A DNA stretch of 63,888 nt, filler included, from Stramenopiles sp. TOSAG23-3 (taxonomy: Eukaryota): assembly GCA_900128585.1 (NCBI GenBank). It is 15 parts of 15 records of this genome, joined end to end, with 100 filler letters (N's around TTAATTAATTAA, not from the genome) between each part and the next. Parts side by side here need not be neighbours in the genome. Positions count along the whole stretch, not along the records: positions 10,875 to 16,206 come from LT643554.1; positions 16,307 to 21,636 come from LT643555.1; positions 21,737 to 27,053 come from LT643556.1; 12 more parts are not named here. One strand, written 5' to 3'. The notes beneath the pieces were generated by a model. That model worked only from the letters and a program-made list of their open reading frames with translations, was not told the origin of the DNA and searched no databases. Position numbers and translations under genes: made by a program. Shown in pieces: positions 12,134 to 22,112 of the stretch. Each line of letters starts with the position of its first letter. The first letter of the stretch is position 1.

Positions 12134-14773
12134 TCATATTTTACTTTCAAGTATAGACCCGGGAAAGACTTTGTCCAGGACGGACACCGTAGCCTTCCTT
12201 CCGACGCTATGGTGCCCCTTCCTTCTCACTAAAATCGAATACAACTCGGTCAGGGCATCGCCGCATAGCTTTTGTATTTCAGATATCTTGTAACATCTAC
12301 GACCAACGTTGTTCCCTGGGGATAAAGGATCATCCAGCATGATAGGGTCGATGTTACCAACCGGGCCAAGGCCCCCATATCGAATGGACACATTATCAAT
12401 CTCTGGTTCAAAGCTTCGGCCTATGAAATGCAAAATGTGCATAAATAACCTTCCCAAGCGAATTATGTCACGCTTTTGGTCTTCTTCCCCCAACTCAGCC
12501 TCAGTTCCACGAGAAACCGACCTAGCTCTGAGACGGGTCTTTCCTCCGGGAGACTTTGAAGCCTTCTGAGACTGGGCGAACATAACGGACTCGCATATTG
12601 ATACGGCAGTGTCCTTTCCGTAGTTTTTTTGCTCCTCAATGAACTTCTCGCACGGAAGCGGCGATGTGCATGTAAAGGATGAATCGTCCTGATTCTCTTC
12701 CAAAATGCCCTCTATATCAAAAATTTCTACGTGCTGCAGGACGATGGAAGTTACAAGCAAAAATAGACCATACGCAGGCAGTCCTCCCGAAAACGGATCC
12801 AAGAGATCCTTTTGTTTTAGGCATTTTTTTAGCAAAATTGTCACTGGAACAATTTGGGGAACACATTTTGCGATCGTCTTGACAAATTCAACCGTTGCAA
12901 TTCCAGCATGCTGCAGATTCTGGACCGTAATGTCTACTGGAATTGTAAAATCCTTCTCCACGTCCAAAACGTCAGAATTTTGCTGTGTGCGAGGAAGAGA
13001 AACGACAAACTTCATTACGGGGACTATGGCCGTCGTAATGAGCTGAACGCTGCTGGCCCATTGCGACGTGTTCAACTCTTTCGACAGGCTCAACAAAATG
13101 TCGTTCAAATCGCTCTCGAGCAACTCTCGACCATTTTGTTCGTCGTCTAACTTGGAACGGGACGCCAGCACCAAATCTAAGTCGCTTTCCGGCAGAGAAA
13201 ACCCGGTAGCGTACGAGCCGTATGGGATGATAAACACATGGGGATTGATTTTCTCCAGCAGAACAGAAATTCGATGGATGATATTTTCACAGTAACTTCG
13301 CCTCCAGTCCATCGATGCACGACACTGCATGCTAAACTCAATAAGCTCTTCCCCAATCCTCCTTTGCAAAATTTCGGTCTGGAGCTCCATCACTTTTTGC
13401 AAAGGGGTTGACCCTGATCTTCCGTCGTCGTTTGAAAGTTCGTGGCGCCGCTGCGCTTCTTCGACTACCCGGCGCTGTTGCTCCTCCTCCGTTGCTGCAA
13501 TAGCGCTGATAATGCTTTCACGCCTCGCTTTCGCTTCATCTTCCCGGGTTGCTCCACGAAAACTACAAGATTGAATGTGCGCTTCCAGCTTTTTTTTGGT
13601 GCAACAATGATCGCACCCGAAATAGGCGTACGGGCACATTATGGCATACTCCTCGTCATGAAAATCGACATTTTCATCAGCTGTTCCATCCCTCGTGTTC
13701 TCCCCCGCAAACTCACACTGCAACAGATGCCGCGCAATATTGCGCAGCTTTCCCTCGTACACGCACCCCCTTGCAGAGTTAGGGCACACAACGATATAAT
13801 CCTCTGTGTAGCCCGCAGAACTGGCCTCGACTGTATCATAGTCCTGGTTCAATTTATACTCTTCCAAAATTCGCGCTTGCTCCGCTTCAATCGCTCGCCT
13901 CGCCCATTCTTGTCTTTCCCGTCTCTCCTTCTGCTCTTCCTCCAAGTGTTCGTCAATACGCCGCTTCCGCTCTACCTCAGCCGCTGCTGTCACGTACGAC
14001 GTCCAAAAGTGGCCATTTCCTACTCCGTGGTCCTGACTTGCGTTTGCCCACCACGAAGCGACGCGCGGCGGCGAGGGCGGGGTAGTGAGCAACATGCCTG
14101 GTACCGTTCTTGGGGGGCTGAGCGGCGCATGTTGAGGAGAAAAAGAAGGAACGCCCTCGTTTTTGTAGTGCATGTTTCCGGAATCCACAAAATTACCACC
14201 ACCGCCAGTAGGAATACTAGCATCGAAATAGTGAGAATACAAAATGTCGTCGGATGTGCCAAGGGGTGAAGACGACTGGGCGTTGGCAGGGGTCCTCCGA
14301 GGTGGGAAAAAAGCTTCATGAATTGACGGCCTTTTTCTCTGTTTTCTTAAATGATGCATCGGCATCTGCTCGGTTTGATACGAGTTGTCTAGATACGGAA
14401 TATTATGTGCGTATTGAGGCCGGCCAAACTGAAAGTTGGGAAAGGAAAGATTTACGTTCTGCGAATGCTTCGGGCTTCTGGGTGAAGCCCCAACTTCGCC
14501 GCCGCCGCTTGCTTTTAGCGCAGGTTTGGGGGCTGCTGGCGCGCCCGCAGCTGCTCCGTCGGGCTTTTTCTTCTTCCTTCTACGTTTCCTTGGACCATTT
14601 CTTTCCGCCTTCGTTTTATTTCTTAACCTCCTCGGCCCATTCACATATATTGGCAACGGTGGAAGGGAGTACAGGACGACTTCCGCAGGAGGCACGCCGG
14701 CCGCCCTGTTTTTGAAGGTACCCCCCGCCTTCTTCCCCTGGGTCGGCCCACCACGTGATACCAGACTTGCCAT
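12134..14773 (-). CDS. Noncanonical poly(A) polymerase/terminal nucleotidyltransferase (TRF4/PAPD5-like) with two TRAF-type Zn fingers
   Basis: YGSYATGFSLPESDLDLV NTase motif; VDIT; L.DPFSGGL.AY; DPLSPGNNVGR; CPNSARGC..H...C and CPYAYFGC..H...C. Confidence 0.85.
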   Translation of the reverse strand: MASLVSRGGPTQGKKAGGTFKNRAAGVPPAEVVLYSLPPLPIYVNGPRRLRNKTKAERNGPRKRRRKKKKPDGAAAGAPAAPKPALKASGGGEVGASPRSPKHSQNVNLSFPNFQFGRPQYAHNIPYLDNSYQTEQMPMHHLRKQRKRPSIHEAFFPPRRTPANAQSSSPLGTSDDILYSHYFDASIPTGGGGNFVDSGNMHYKNEGVPSFSPQHAPLSPPRTVPGMLLTTPPSPPRVASWWANASQDHGVGNGHFWTSYVTAAAEVERKRRIDEHLEEEQKERRERQEWARRAIEAEQARILEEYKLNQDYDTVEASSAGYTEDYIVVCPNSARGCVYEGKLRNIARHLLQCEFAGENTRDGTADENVDFHDEEYAIMCPYAYFGCDHCCTKKKLEAHIQSCSFRGATREDEAKARRESIISAIAATEEEQQRRVVEEAQRRHELSNDDGRSGSTPLQKVMELQTEILQRRIGEELIEFSMQCRASMDWRRSYCENIIHRISVLLEKINPHVFIIPYGSYATGFSLPESDLDLVLASRSKLDDEQNGRELLESDLNDILLSLSKELNTSQWASSVQLITTAIVPVMKFVVSLPRTQQNSDVLDVEKDFTIPVDITVQNLQHAGIATVEFVKTIAKCVPQIVPVTILLKKCLKQKDLLDPFSGGLPAYGLFLLVTSIVLQHVEIFDIEGILEENQDDSSFTCTSPLPCEKFIEEQKNYGKDTAVSICESVMFAQSQKASKSPGGKTRLRARSVSRGTEAELGEEDQKRDIIRLGRLFMHILHFIGRSFEPEIDNVSIRYGGLGPVGNIDPIMLDDPLSPGNNVGRRCYKISEIQKLCGDALTELYSILVRRKGHHSVGRKATVSVLDKVFPGSILESKI

Positions 14774-15831
14774 TCGCTTGCAAAGTCTGGCTTTATGTTT
14801 ACAGAATCGCCAGGCGAAGCGGAGGGGAGTGAACTATATTGACGTCACTCATTAGGTGCCGACTTTATTGAAAATTAAATGCAAACTTTTTAAATAATGT
14901 AATCTTTTAGAAACAAATGAAAGACAGACATCATGCGCACTTCTGCGGCCTGCGGCGTCGTTAGTTCTTCGCGAAAATCGACGAACAACAACAAGAAACC
15001 AAAATAATATGGAACAACACAACAACACGCACAATGATGAAATAATAAACCGTACTTAATACTTCAATGTTTGTATTCTCTTCAACATGGGTAGGATTAC
15101 TACTTGTGCTATTTACACAGTATCTAATTTAACAAAACAGAAGAAATCTTTAAATAGCCTATGTAAATATCGCTTGGTTTATTAAGGATACTTTCCTAAA
15201 CGAGAAGGACTAATATTTTTACCGCTTATTATTTTATACCTTTTCAAAAGGAAAACAAAATTTATGTTTACATTTTAATTTATATTTTCTTCCTTACTGT
15301 TTTACGAAGCGATCATTCTATTCTATTATAATGCTATTTATATGTATTTAATAATTAATGTATACACATCATTAGAATAAAAAATGAGGAACTCACAAGA
15401 GAAAAACTGACTATGGAATAAAAAAGAGGGGCATTAATTTCTTAGGACTGCATGTATTACAAGTAATTAATAATAGTAGTCTAACTTCCTTTTTTGCATT
15501 TATTAATATGAACACAGCATATGAACCATTATAATGTCACTGGCAATGTTGAACCGCTGTTATTAACAAAATTAATAAAAGAATAAAAAGAGTGGCATCC
15601 ATCACCAACTTCACACAGGACACAGTGGTGACTACGCACCCAACAACAAACTGCAGGCTGTTTTGGAAACATTTTTTGCACTTCGTCACGTTCGATGTTG
15701 CGTTTGAATGCGAAAGTAATGAAAAGAATGTACGTTTTGTTCGAAGATAGTTCTACACAATTGTCGGAGTAAGATTGTACAGGTGCTTTGTATTATATCT
15801 AAGGCAGTGATACGTAAATTTGTTAAACACG

Positions 15832-16206
15832 ATGAAAGCAACTGTTTTCGGAGTATTGATGGCAACCGCACTGCTGGGCATGTGCTCGGCTGCGCCAACC
15901 CGTTCGGTTCCGTTTGCTCGTTTGTCAAAACCAATCGAAGAGCATACAGGATACTCGTTGTTAGGCATCTCTGAAGCGGAACACATTGCAGCGCATGGTA
16001 AAGTTTCAGACAAAGTTAAGATGGAGACGGCTATGAAAGTTGCCACGAAAGGGGGAGAAACGCCAGCCTTCGGGACGTGCATGAACTGCGTTTATGTTTT
16101 AGAAAGAATCAAGCAAGGTTACCAATACTTGCTTCCAAGTATATGCGTTGAGATCTTTTCCAAAGAAGGAGCCTCAAAAGGTAAAGAAGCGTATGGAATG
16201 TGCCAC
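15832..16206 (+). CDS. Secreted protein with possible saposin-like domain, 3' truncated
   Basis: Signal peptide MKATVFGVLMATALLGMCSA; CMNCVYVLERIK...ICVEIF...MC Cys spacing. Confidence 0.6.
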
Positions 16207-16380
16207 NNNNNNNNNNNNNNNNNNNNNNNNNNNNNNNNNNNNNNNNNNNNTTAATTAATTAANNNNNNNNNNNNNNNNNNNNNNNNNNNNNNNNNNNNNN
16301 NNNNNNCCCCCCCCGGTCTAGTTTCGTTGTCCGTCCTGTTGTTTATTGTCCTCGCATTGTTTTTGTCCTTGCGGTAGTAA

Positions 16381-18438
16381 ATGTCGTCGGCGGCCTTCGA
16401 GTTCCCGTCGGCGCTGAACTTGATTCAAGATGGGTTCGAAACGCTAGCGTACAATGGGACGACTTTGATATTTACGACGTTGGAGACGTCGTTGCAAGGA
16501 ATTCACGGGACCATAGACACAATTATTTCGAAATCGGTGCCGTACATGGGTTCATGGGGGCTGCTTACGCAGGAAATATGGGACTCCTGCACGTGGACCA
16601 ATTCCCTCTACGTGGCCTTGTTTCTCTCCGCCATGTTTTCAATGTTTGGGTCAAAGCGTCTGGTAAAGTGGCCCATGTTTGTCATTTGTTGCGTCATTTT
16701 GGTGTACGACTTCATAGTGTACTTTTCAATTCGCATTGCTATTTATGCCCTGGAAACTGTGATCAGAGTCTTGTCGCCGAGCGAGTGCTCGAGCGCTGCG
16801 CGACTCAAGAAAGACGCTGAGACCTACGAAGAGTGGCTGTCCAGCGCACAACAGTTGGACGCATTGCAAGGGCGCGTTTCGGGCAACTTGGACGGGTACA
16901 ATTGGGCATTTTTGGCAAGGACAACCTATGACCTTGAACAATCGGTTATTTCTCACGATTATGAAGGCATGTTCGAAGCCCTCAAGGTCTGCACCCGGAA
17001 CAACGTCGGTGGTATCATGAACGAAGAACTGTACTCGCACACGCACTCTGCCGAGCCCCCACAGAAAATCCAAAAATTTGTGGAAGCGATCGTCAGCACG
17101 ACAGACATTTTTGTTGATATAGGAAAGGACGCAGCGTTGTTTAAGCTAGGCAAGCAGTGGAAAACCCGAGTGGCAAAGATGTTTAAGCTCGCGCAAGCGC
17201 AGTATGGGGAGACTGGCCTTTGTCTGTCCGGCGGCGCGGGGTTCTGCTTTTACAGTTACGGGGTCGTCCGGGCCCTGTTAGATTCGAACATGTTGCCCGA
17301 CATCATTTCTGGCTCGAGCGGCGGTTCTGTCGTTGCAGCACTCGTTTGCACGCATACGAACGAGGAGTTAAACGAGATATTGACGGATGAGGGCATGTAC
17401 GATATTTGCAGGCCATTTGACGAGGGGTGGAAAACGATGATACAACGTTTCATCAAGGACGGTTCCTTCCTTGACCCCGAGCGGATGTTGGCGAAGCTGA
17501 TGGACCAGCACACGCGGGGGGACACTACATTTGCCGAGGCGTACGCCCGAACCGGGCGTAGCTTGAACATCAGTGTAACCGTCTCAGGGCGAGGTGGAGG
17601 GGACCCTCTCCTGCTGAACAGGATAAACACCCCAGACGTGGTAATCGCGAGTGCTGTGTTGGCAAGCTGCGCTTTGCCCATGTTATTGAAGCCGATATCG
17701 CTCCTGCACAAGGATCCGCTGACCGGAGACATTAGTGCCATGAACGATGCAGACAAGTATGTGGACGGCTCATTCGAGCAAGACTTGCCGCTACAAGCGC
17801 TGCGAAGCAACTTCAACACCAAGTGGTTTATCGTATCGCAGACCGAGCCGCACATCGTCCCGTTCTTGTTTTATCCGACTGGAGAATGTGGCGCGCCCGT
17901 GAGGTGGAGAAACTACTCTGGCGGATACCGGGGAGGGTTCTTCCTCTCTGCCGGGGAGATTTTTATGAAGAACCACATTCTCTTTATGTATAAATTTATG
18001 AAAGACTTGGACATTGTGCCTCACTTCTTTGGGGAAGACTTTGGAAACCTTATGATCCAAGAGCAGATGGGAAACATTACCCTTTCTGCGCCACTGTATA
18101 TTAGCAATTACCTGAAACTATTCAAGAACCCGACGAGGGCAGAATGCTGCCAGTACTTGCTTGATGGGAAAAAATTAGTATGGCAAAAGTACCCGATGAT
18201 TCGTAACCGGCACGCTGTTCATAGTGCAGTCAAGTCATGCGTAGAAGCACTGACGGGGAAACGTCGTGGCAGGCACCGCCCCATGTCTTTATCCCCTATC
18301 CGCACTTCCCATCAGAGAGCGCCTGGGACGACGGGCGACTCGGACGAAGAAAACCCAAAAGAAAAAAAGAACACGCAGCGATTGAAGAGAAGGCGCACGA
18401 GCACCAGGACAAAAACTCCACGCAGGATTACGAGATAA
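16381..18438 (+). CDS. Patatin-like triacylglycerol lipase (TGL3/4/5, SDP1-like)
   Basis: TYEEW..A..LD N-terminal domain; LCLSGGAG oxyanion loop; ISGSSGGS nucleophile; TFAEAYARTGR.LNISV; YVDGS; SQTEPHIVPF. Confidence 0.92.
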   Translation: MSSAAFEFPSALNLIQDGFETLAYNGTTLIFTTLETSLQGIHGTIDTIISKSVPYMGSWGLLTQEIWDSCTWTNSLYVALFLSAMFSMFGSKRLVKWPMFVICCVILVYDFIVYFSIRIAIYALETVIRVLSPSECSSAARLKKDAETYEEWLSSAQQLDALQGRVSGNLDGYNWAFLARTTYDLEQSVISHDYEGMFEALKVCTRNNVGGIMNEELYSHTHSAEPPQKIQKFVEAIVSTTDIFVDIGKDAALFKLGKQWKTRVAKMFKLAQAQYGETGLCLSGGAGFCFYSYGVVRALLDSNMLPDIISGSSGGSVVAALVCTHTNEELNEILTDEGMYDICRPFDEGWKTMIQRFIKDGSFLDPERMLAKLMDQHTRGDTTFAEAYARTGRSLNISVTVSGRGGGDPLLLNRINTPDVVIASAVLASCALPMLLKPISLLHKDPLTGDISAMNDADKYVDGSFEQDLPLQALRSNFNTKWFIVSQTEPHIVPFLFYPTGECGAPVRWRNYSGGYRGGFFLSAGEIFMKNHILFMYKFMKDLDIVPHFFGEDFGNLMIQEQMGNITLSAPLYISNYLKLFKNPTRAECCQYLLDGKKLVWQKYPMIRNRHAVHSAVKSCVEALTGKRRGRHRPMSLSPIRTSHQRAPGTTGDSDEENPKEKKNTQRLKRRRTSTRTKTPRRITR

Positions 18439-18642
18439 GAATGAAATAAAAACAAAAAATTGGCCTGATCCTGATCGAATCAGTGTGTGGAATTGCGTCG
18501 ATGAATGAAATAAAAAGTGAAAACTGTTCTTAGCACACACCTCGTTGTAATGTTTCTTAAATATGATTTAATAATACCCTAATCCTAACTTGGTTTTGTT
18601 ATTTGTAGACTTTAATAGAGTTTAACTTTTATAGACTAGACC

Positions 18643-20904
18643 TTAAAAAGTGTTACCCCAATCTTTGCTCATTGCGGTTCCGAACACATTATTCGACCTG
18701 CCGCCTTTCATGTTCCATTTGTTATAGTTTCTTCGCACGAATTGAAAAAAATCGTTCGTGTCCATCACCTTTTTGCCCGGGGCCAGCTTTTTAAACAGTA
18801 AAATTACATTTTTTCTATGCACATGCACACCTAGCCTTCCCATTGCCGTTAAAAAGTCTTCCTGGTTTACCATCCCGAACGCACTGGTCAACCCAATGAA
18901 GCTGCGTTCTAACAGGTTGGTGCCCATATCCGATCGTTTCTGAATTTTCATTAGCAATTGCTCAATAGCTAAATTGCCTGTTCGCGACACATTGTCGGTC
19001 TCCCGAGGCATAAGCCCCATGCCAAAGTTCGGATCGCCCATCCTTTCTGGCTGCATGTGCCCACTCGCACTCAGTAGGTTTTGATACTGCTCTGAATTGC
19101 GATCTATGTATATCGGAGGATCACCTGGCTTCTGCCTCTCCGTCATATTCTCCTGCAGGAAATCGAACAGTTTCATGTAATTGAAGCGGCCCGCCTTTTC
19201 TGAATCGACTATTTCAAAAAGGTTTTTACTGTCCGTTTCACTAAGTACAACGCCTGACTGCCGGAGGGAGTGTGAAAATACGTGGTAGTCAATTACATCG
19301 CTATTGTCGATGGAAAACCGCGCCTTCAGCAATTTCATTATTTTGGGGGCATTGTTTGCGACTTGATCTATAATTTTCTGTTGCATTAGAGCAATGAGCT
19401 TCTTCTTTTTCGCCGAATTATCAGCTGGATCAGGAATGCGGAATCCGCCTGACCTACCAGAATTGAGCGACTTCGCAGTCTTTTCATTTAAGTTTCCGTA
19501 CTGCAGGTACTTTTCAAGCTGCAAGTAGTCCACAAACCCGCTTCCACTTCCATCAAACCTGTTAAAAGCCCGCTTCATGTCGGGGTCGCTCAAGATTATT
19601 CCTGCCCGCTTCACAGCTTTGTAGAAGTTGTCAAAATTGACCTTGCCACTATTCCTGGGATCGGTCTGTTTGAACATCGGAATAAGGAACCTCTGTCTAT
19701 CTTTTAGTGCACTCAACACCCTTTCTTGAATTATATGTTGTTTGTTCTGATCTTCACTGTAGTTCGTGCTTCGAACTTGGCCGTCCACAAAGATGTGCAT
19801 CGAATCAATTCGTAAGTCCCGAACGAACTCGTTGTAGTCCATGGCAGTGCCATCATTGCTCTGCGGTAGTTCCTTAAACAACCGGTGCCCATCTTCCGGC
19901 GACAGCGTAACACCCAACGCACACAGGGCTAGAATAAACTGCTGCTCGTTCACGTTCCCTACGCGCCGCTTGTCATTCATGACGAAGGCGTGATACAACT
20001 CAGCGGCGTCTCTCGTCCTCAAGTAATCGAAAATCTTCGAGCGGAGAAGGAAGAATATCTGGTCCTTTTCGGACCAGTGGCGTCGATCAAAATTGTGTAT
20101 TGTTCCCTCAGAGTTCTTGGGCTGTGGGGAGAGAGGGGAGCGAGGCCGGTTCTCTGGGTCGTAGTTCGTGGTTGCCTTGTGCTGAGAAAAATTATGCATG
20201 TTGGCAAAGCCTTTTCTCTTCGGGACGGTTGCAAATTCTGGCATATTCAGTGTCGTGCCTTTGTCGTCCAAACCATCCTGTCTCAAGGCAGCTAGAAACC
20301 GGTCGTAATTCAAAAGTCTTGTTTCATTTTCGTCTCCATACAAATACCCATCGAACAAAATAGCGAGCTCTTCTCTGTGCAGATGGACACCCAAGTATGA
20401 CAGGGCGCGTTGAAAACCCTCACAGTCAATCAAATTTGTATGGTTTGGGGCAAAGCTACGGAACACTTGATGGGGTTTCGTATTGCGTTGAAAGACTCTG
20501 TGGGCTGCCTTTCTCATCGCGTTAACGAAAACTCGCTCTTCCTTTGGCACCTTGGACAACTCGCTGCGCTCTAGAACGTAATCATGTTGCCTATTCTGCC
20601 TTTCATTAACGACCTTGCCGCCCTTGAACAGTTTTCGGCCGTGGATATCGGATATTTCCGTCGAGGTTGTTTGGACTTCCCCCACGGGACTGGGGAAGAC
20701 GTCGTGCTCCGAGTAAATTTTTTTCCGAACTTGATCGTTTGATAGTGCCGTGCGAGGAATTTGAAACGGGGCATCCAACCTTTTCACCGGAACAGAAGGC
20801 GTCGGGTTCGGGGCAATGGACCAGTGCGTAGTCTGATCATGTGTATGCTGGAGGTGTGCAGTATTGTTGTGCCGTGTTCGCTCAGCACCAAGTTCGGACG
20901 ACAT
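18643..20904 (-). CDS. Multi-EF-hand protein (EFCAB6-like)
   Basis: Repeated EF-hand pairs (DKRRVGNVNEQQF, DPRNSGKVNFDNF, DGSGSGFVDY, DSEKAGRFNY); ATG 20904. Confidence 0.8.
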   Translation of the reverse strand: MSSELGAERTRHNNTAHLQHTHDQTTHWSIAPNPTPSVPVKRLDAPFQIPRTALSNDQVRKKIYSEHDVFPSPVGEVQTTSTEISDIHGRKLFKGGKVVNERQNRQHDYVLERSELSKVPKEERVFVNAMRKAAHRVFQRNTKPHQVFRSFAPNHTNLIDCEGFQRALSYLGVHLHREELAILFDGYLYGDENETRLLNYDRFLAALRQDGLDDKGTTLNMPEFATVPKRKGFANMHNFSQHKATTNYDPENRPRSPLSPQPKNSEGTIHNFDRRHWSEKDQIFFLLRSKIFDYLRTRDAAELYHAFVMNDKRRVGNVNEQQFILALCALGVTLSPEDGHRLFKELPQSNDGTAMDYNEFVRDLRIDSMHIFVDGQVRSTNYSEDQNKQHIIQERVLSALKDRQRFLIPMFKQTDPRNSGKVNFDNFYKAVKRAGIILSDPDMKRAFNRFDGSGSGFVDYLQLEKYLQYGNLNEKTAKSLNSGRSGGFRIPDPADNSAKKKKLIALMQQKIIDQVANNAPKIMKLLKARFSIDNSDVIDYHVFSHSLRQSGVVLSETDSKNLFEIVDSEKAGRFNYMKLFDFLQENMTERQKPGDPPIYIDRNSEQYQNLLSASGHMQPERMGDPNFGMGLMPRETDNVSRTGNLAIEQLLMKIQKRSDMGTNLLERSFIGLTSAFGMVNQEDFLTAMGRLGVHVHRKNVILLFKKLAPGKKVMDTNDFFQFVRRNYNKWNMKGGRSNNVFGTAMSKDWGNTF

Positions 20905-21558
20905 GTTTTGTTGGTGTAGACTCGACGTTAACAAAAACAATAGCGGTACCTTCAAAAGCGCTCCTTTCTGGTAAATAAAGGCAATACTTTCTTTAGCATT
21001 TACATACTGATTTAAATACAGAAACTTTGTTCAAAAACTTATTTAATCCAACTGAATATATCTAAACATTACCATTATTATACCAAATTACCAAAATAAT
21101 AACGAGAGAGAAGAAGAAGCAGAACGAGGCAGAAGAAGGAAGCAGAAGAACGCAGAATTATTATTATTATTATAATTATTAAATGTACACTAGTCTACTA
21201 GAGCTCTACTAAATATCTATTAAAATAATAAGTATTAATTACATTACATTAGACGACTATTATAAATATAATATACCAACAACAAGCAACAGCAAGGAAA
21301 AACAGAGGGTTTAAAAATATAATAATAATAATAACAACAACAGGCCTTTCCCAAAGGAGGAGGATCAGGTTTGTTGTTTTTTTTCTTTTCGGTATTAATA
21401 CACGGTTCCTTGGTATTTTTCCTGGTATTTTATTACCTGTTTTTTTACCTGTACTTGGTGGTATTATATATATTTAAAATTCTAAAAAAAAAGAAAAAAA
21501 GAAGGAAGAAAGATGATGATCTTTCTTCTCTTTCAAAACAACTACTCTCTTCTTTTTA

Positions 21559-21636
21559 AACAAGAAAATTGGCTGTTATTTAAGTAATTAAAATTAATGT
21601 ACTGCGAACTGAACTCTAAATTTAGACATTCGAGGT
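21559..21636 (+). repeat. Dispersed repeat family A, 5' part, truncated by contig end
   Basis: AACAAGAAAATTGGCTGTTATTTAAGTAATTAAAATTAATGTACTGCGAACTGAA. Confidence 0.85.
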
Positions 21637-21866
21637 NNNNNNNNNNNNNNNNNNNNNNNNNNNNNNNNNNNNNNNNNNNNTTAATTAATTAANNNNNNNN
21701 NNNNNNNNNNNNNNNNNNNNNNNNNNNNNNNNNNNNATGTTCATGTTGATATTGCACAACATATTTTCTTAATAGAGAAATCTTGACCGTTTTAAGAGAT
21801 AATTACGAACGGAAAAAACAGAGCACTTCTTCAGATAAAAATGCATGGCAACAAAGGCATATTTTA

Positions 21867-21924
21867 GTTTAACGGACTTGTCGGTTTAACGGATGTCGGT
21901 TTAACGGCCCTGTCGGTTTAACGG
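21867..21924 (+). repeat. Tandem 14-mer TGTCGGTTTAACGG x3 plus a partial copy
   Basis: Full copies at 21879, 21894 and 21911; GTTTAACGG at 21867. Confidence 0.95.
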
Positions 21925-22112
21925 GCACGGTTGTTCTGCGACGACGACGGTTGGTGTGCTTGGCTGTCTGAGCTGTCCAAACCATGGTGCCGGTATACAG
22001 GAATGGTGTCTTTCGCCACATTGATAAAGGATAGAAAGTTTAAAACTAGTTAGATAGTGAAGTATAGACTTGTTATCCAGAGAATCTTATAAATGAATTT
22101 GATTTTATTAAG

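Noticed and set aside
21737-21870. RSS-like heptamer/nonamer left TIR
   Set aside because: No CACAGTG-spacer-ACAAAAACC and no match to a right end found; the true end may lie beyond the contig.
21867-21924. CRISPR array (also considered for 48150-48314)
   Set aside because: No unique spacers of 25-45 nt, no cas genes, eukaryotic context.
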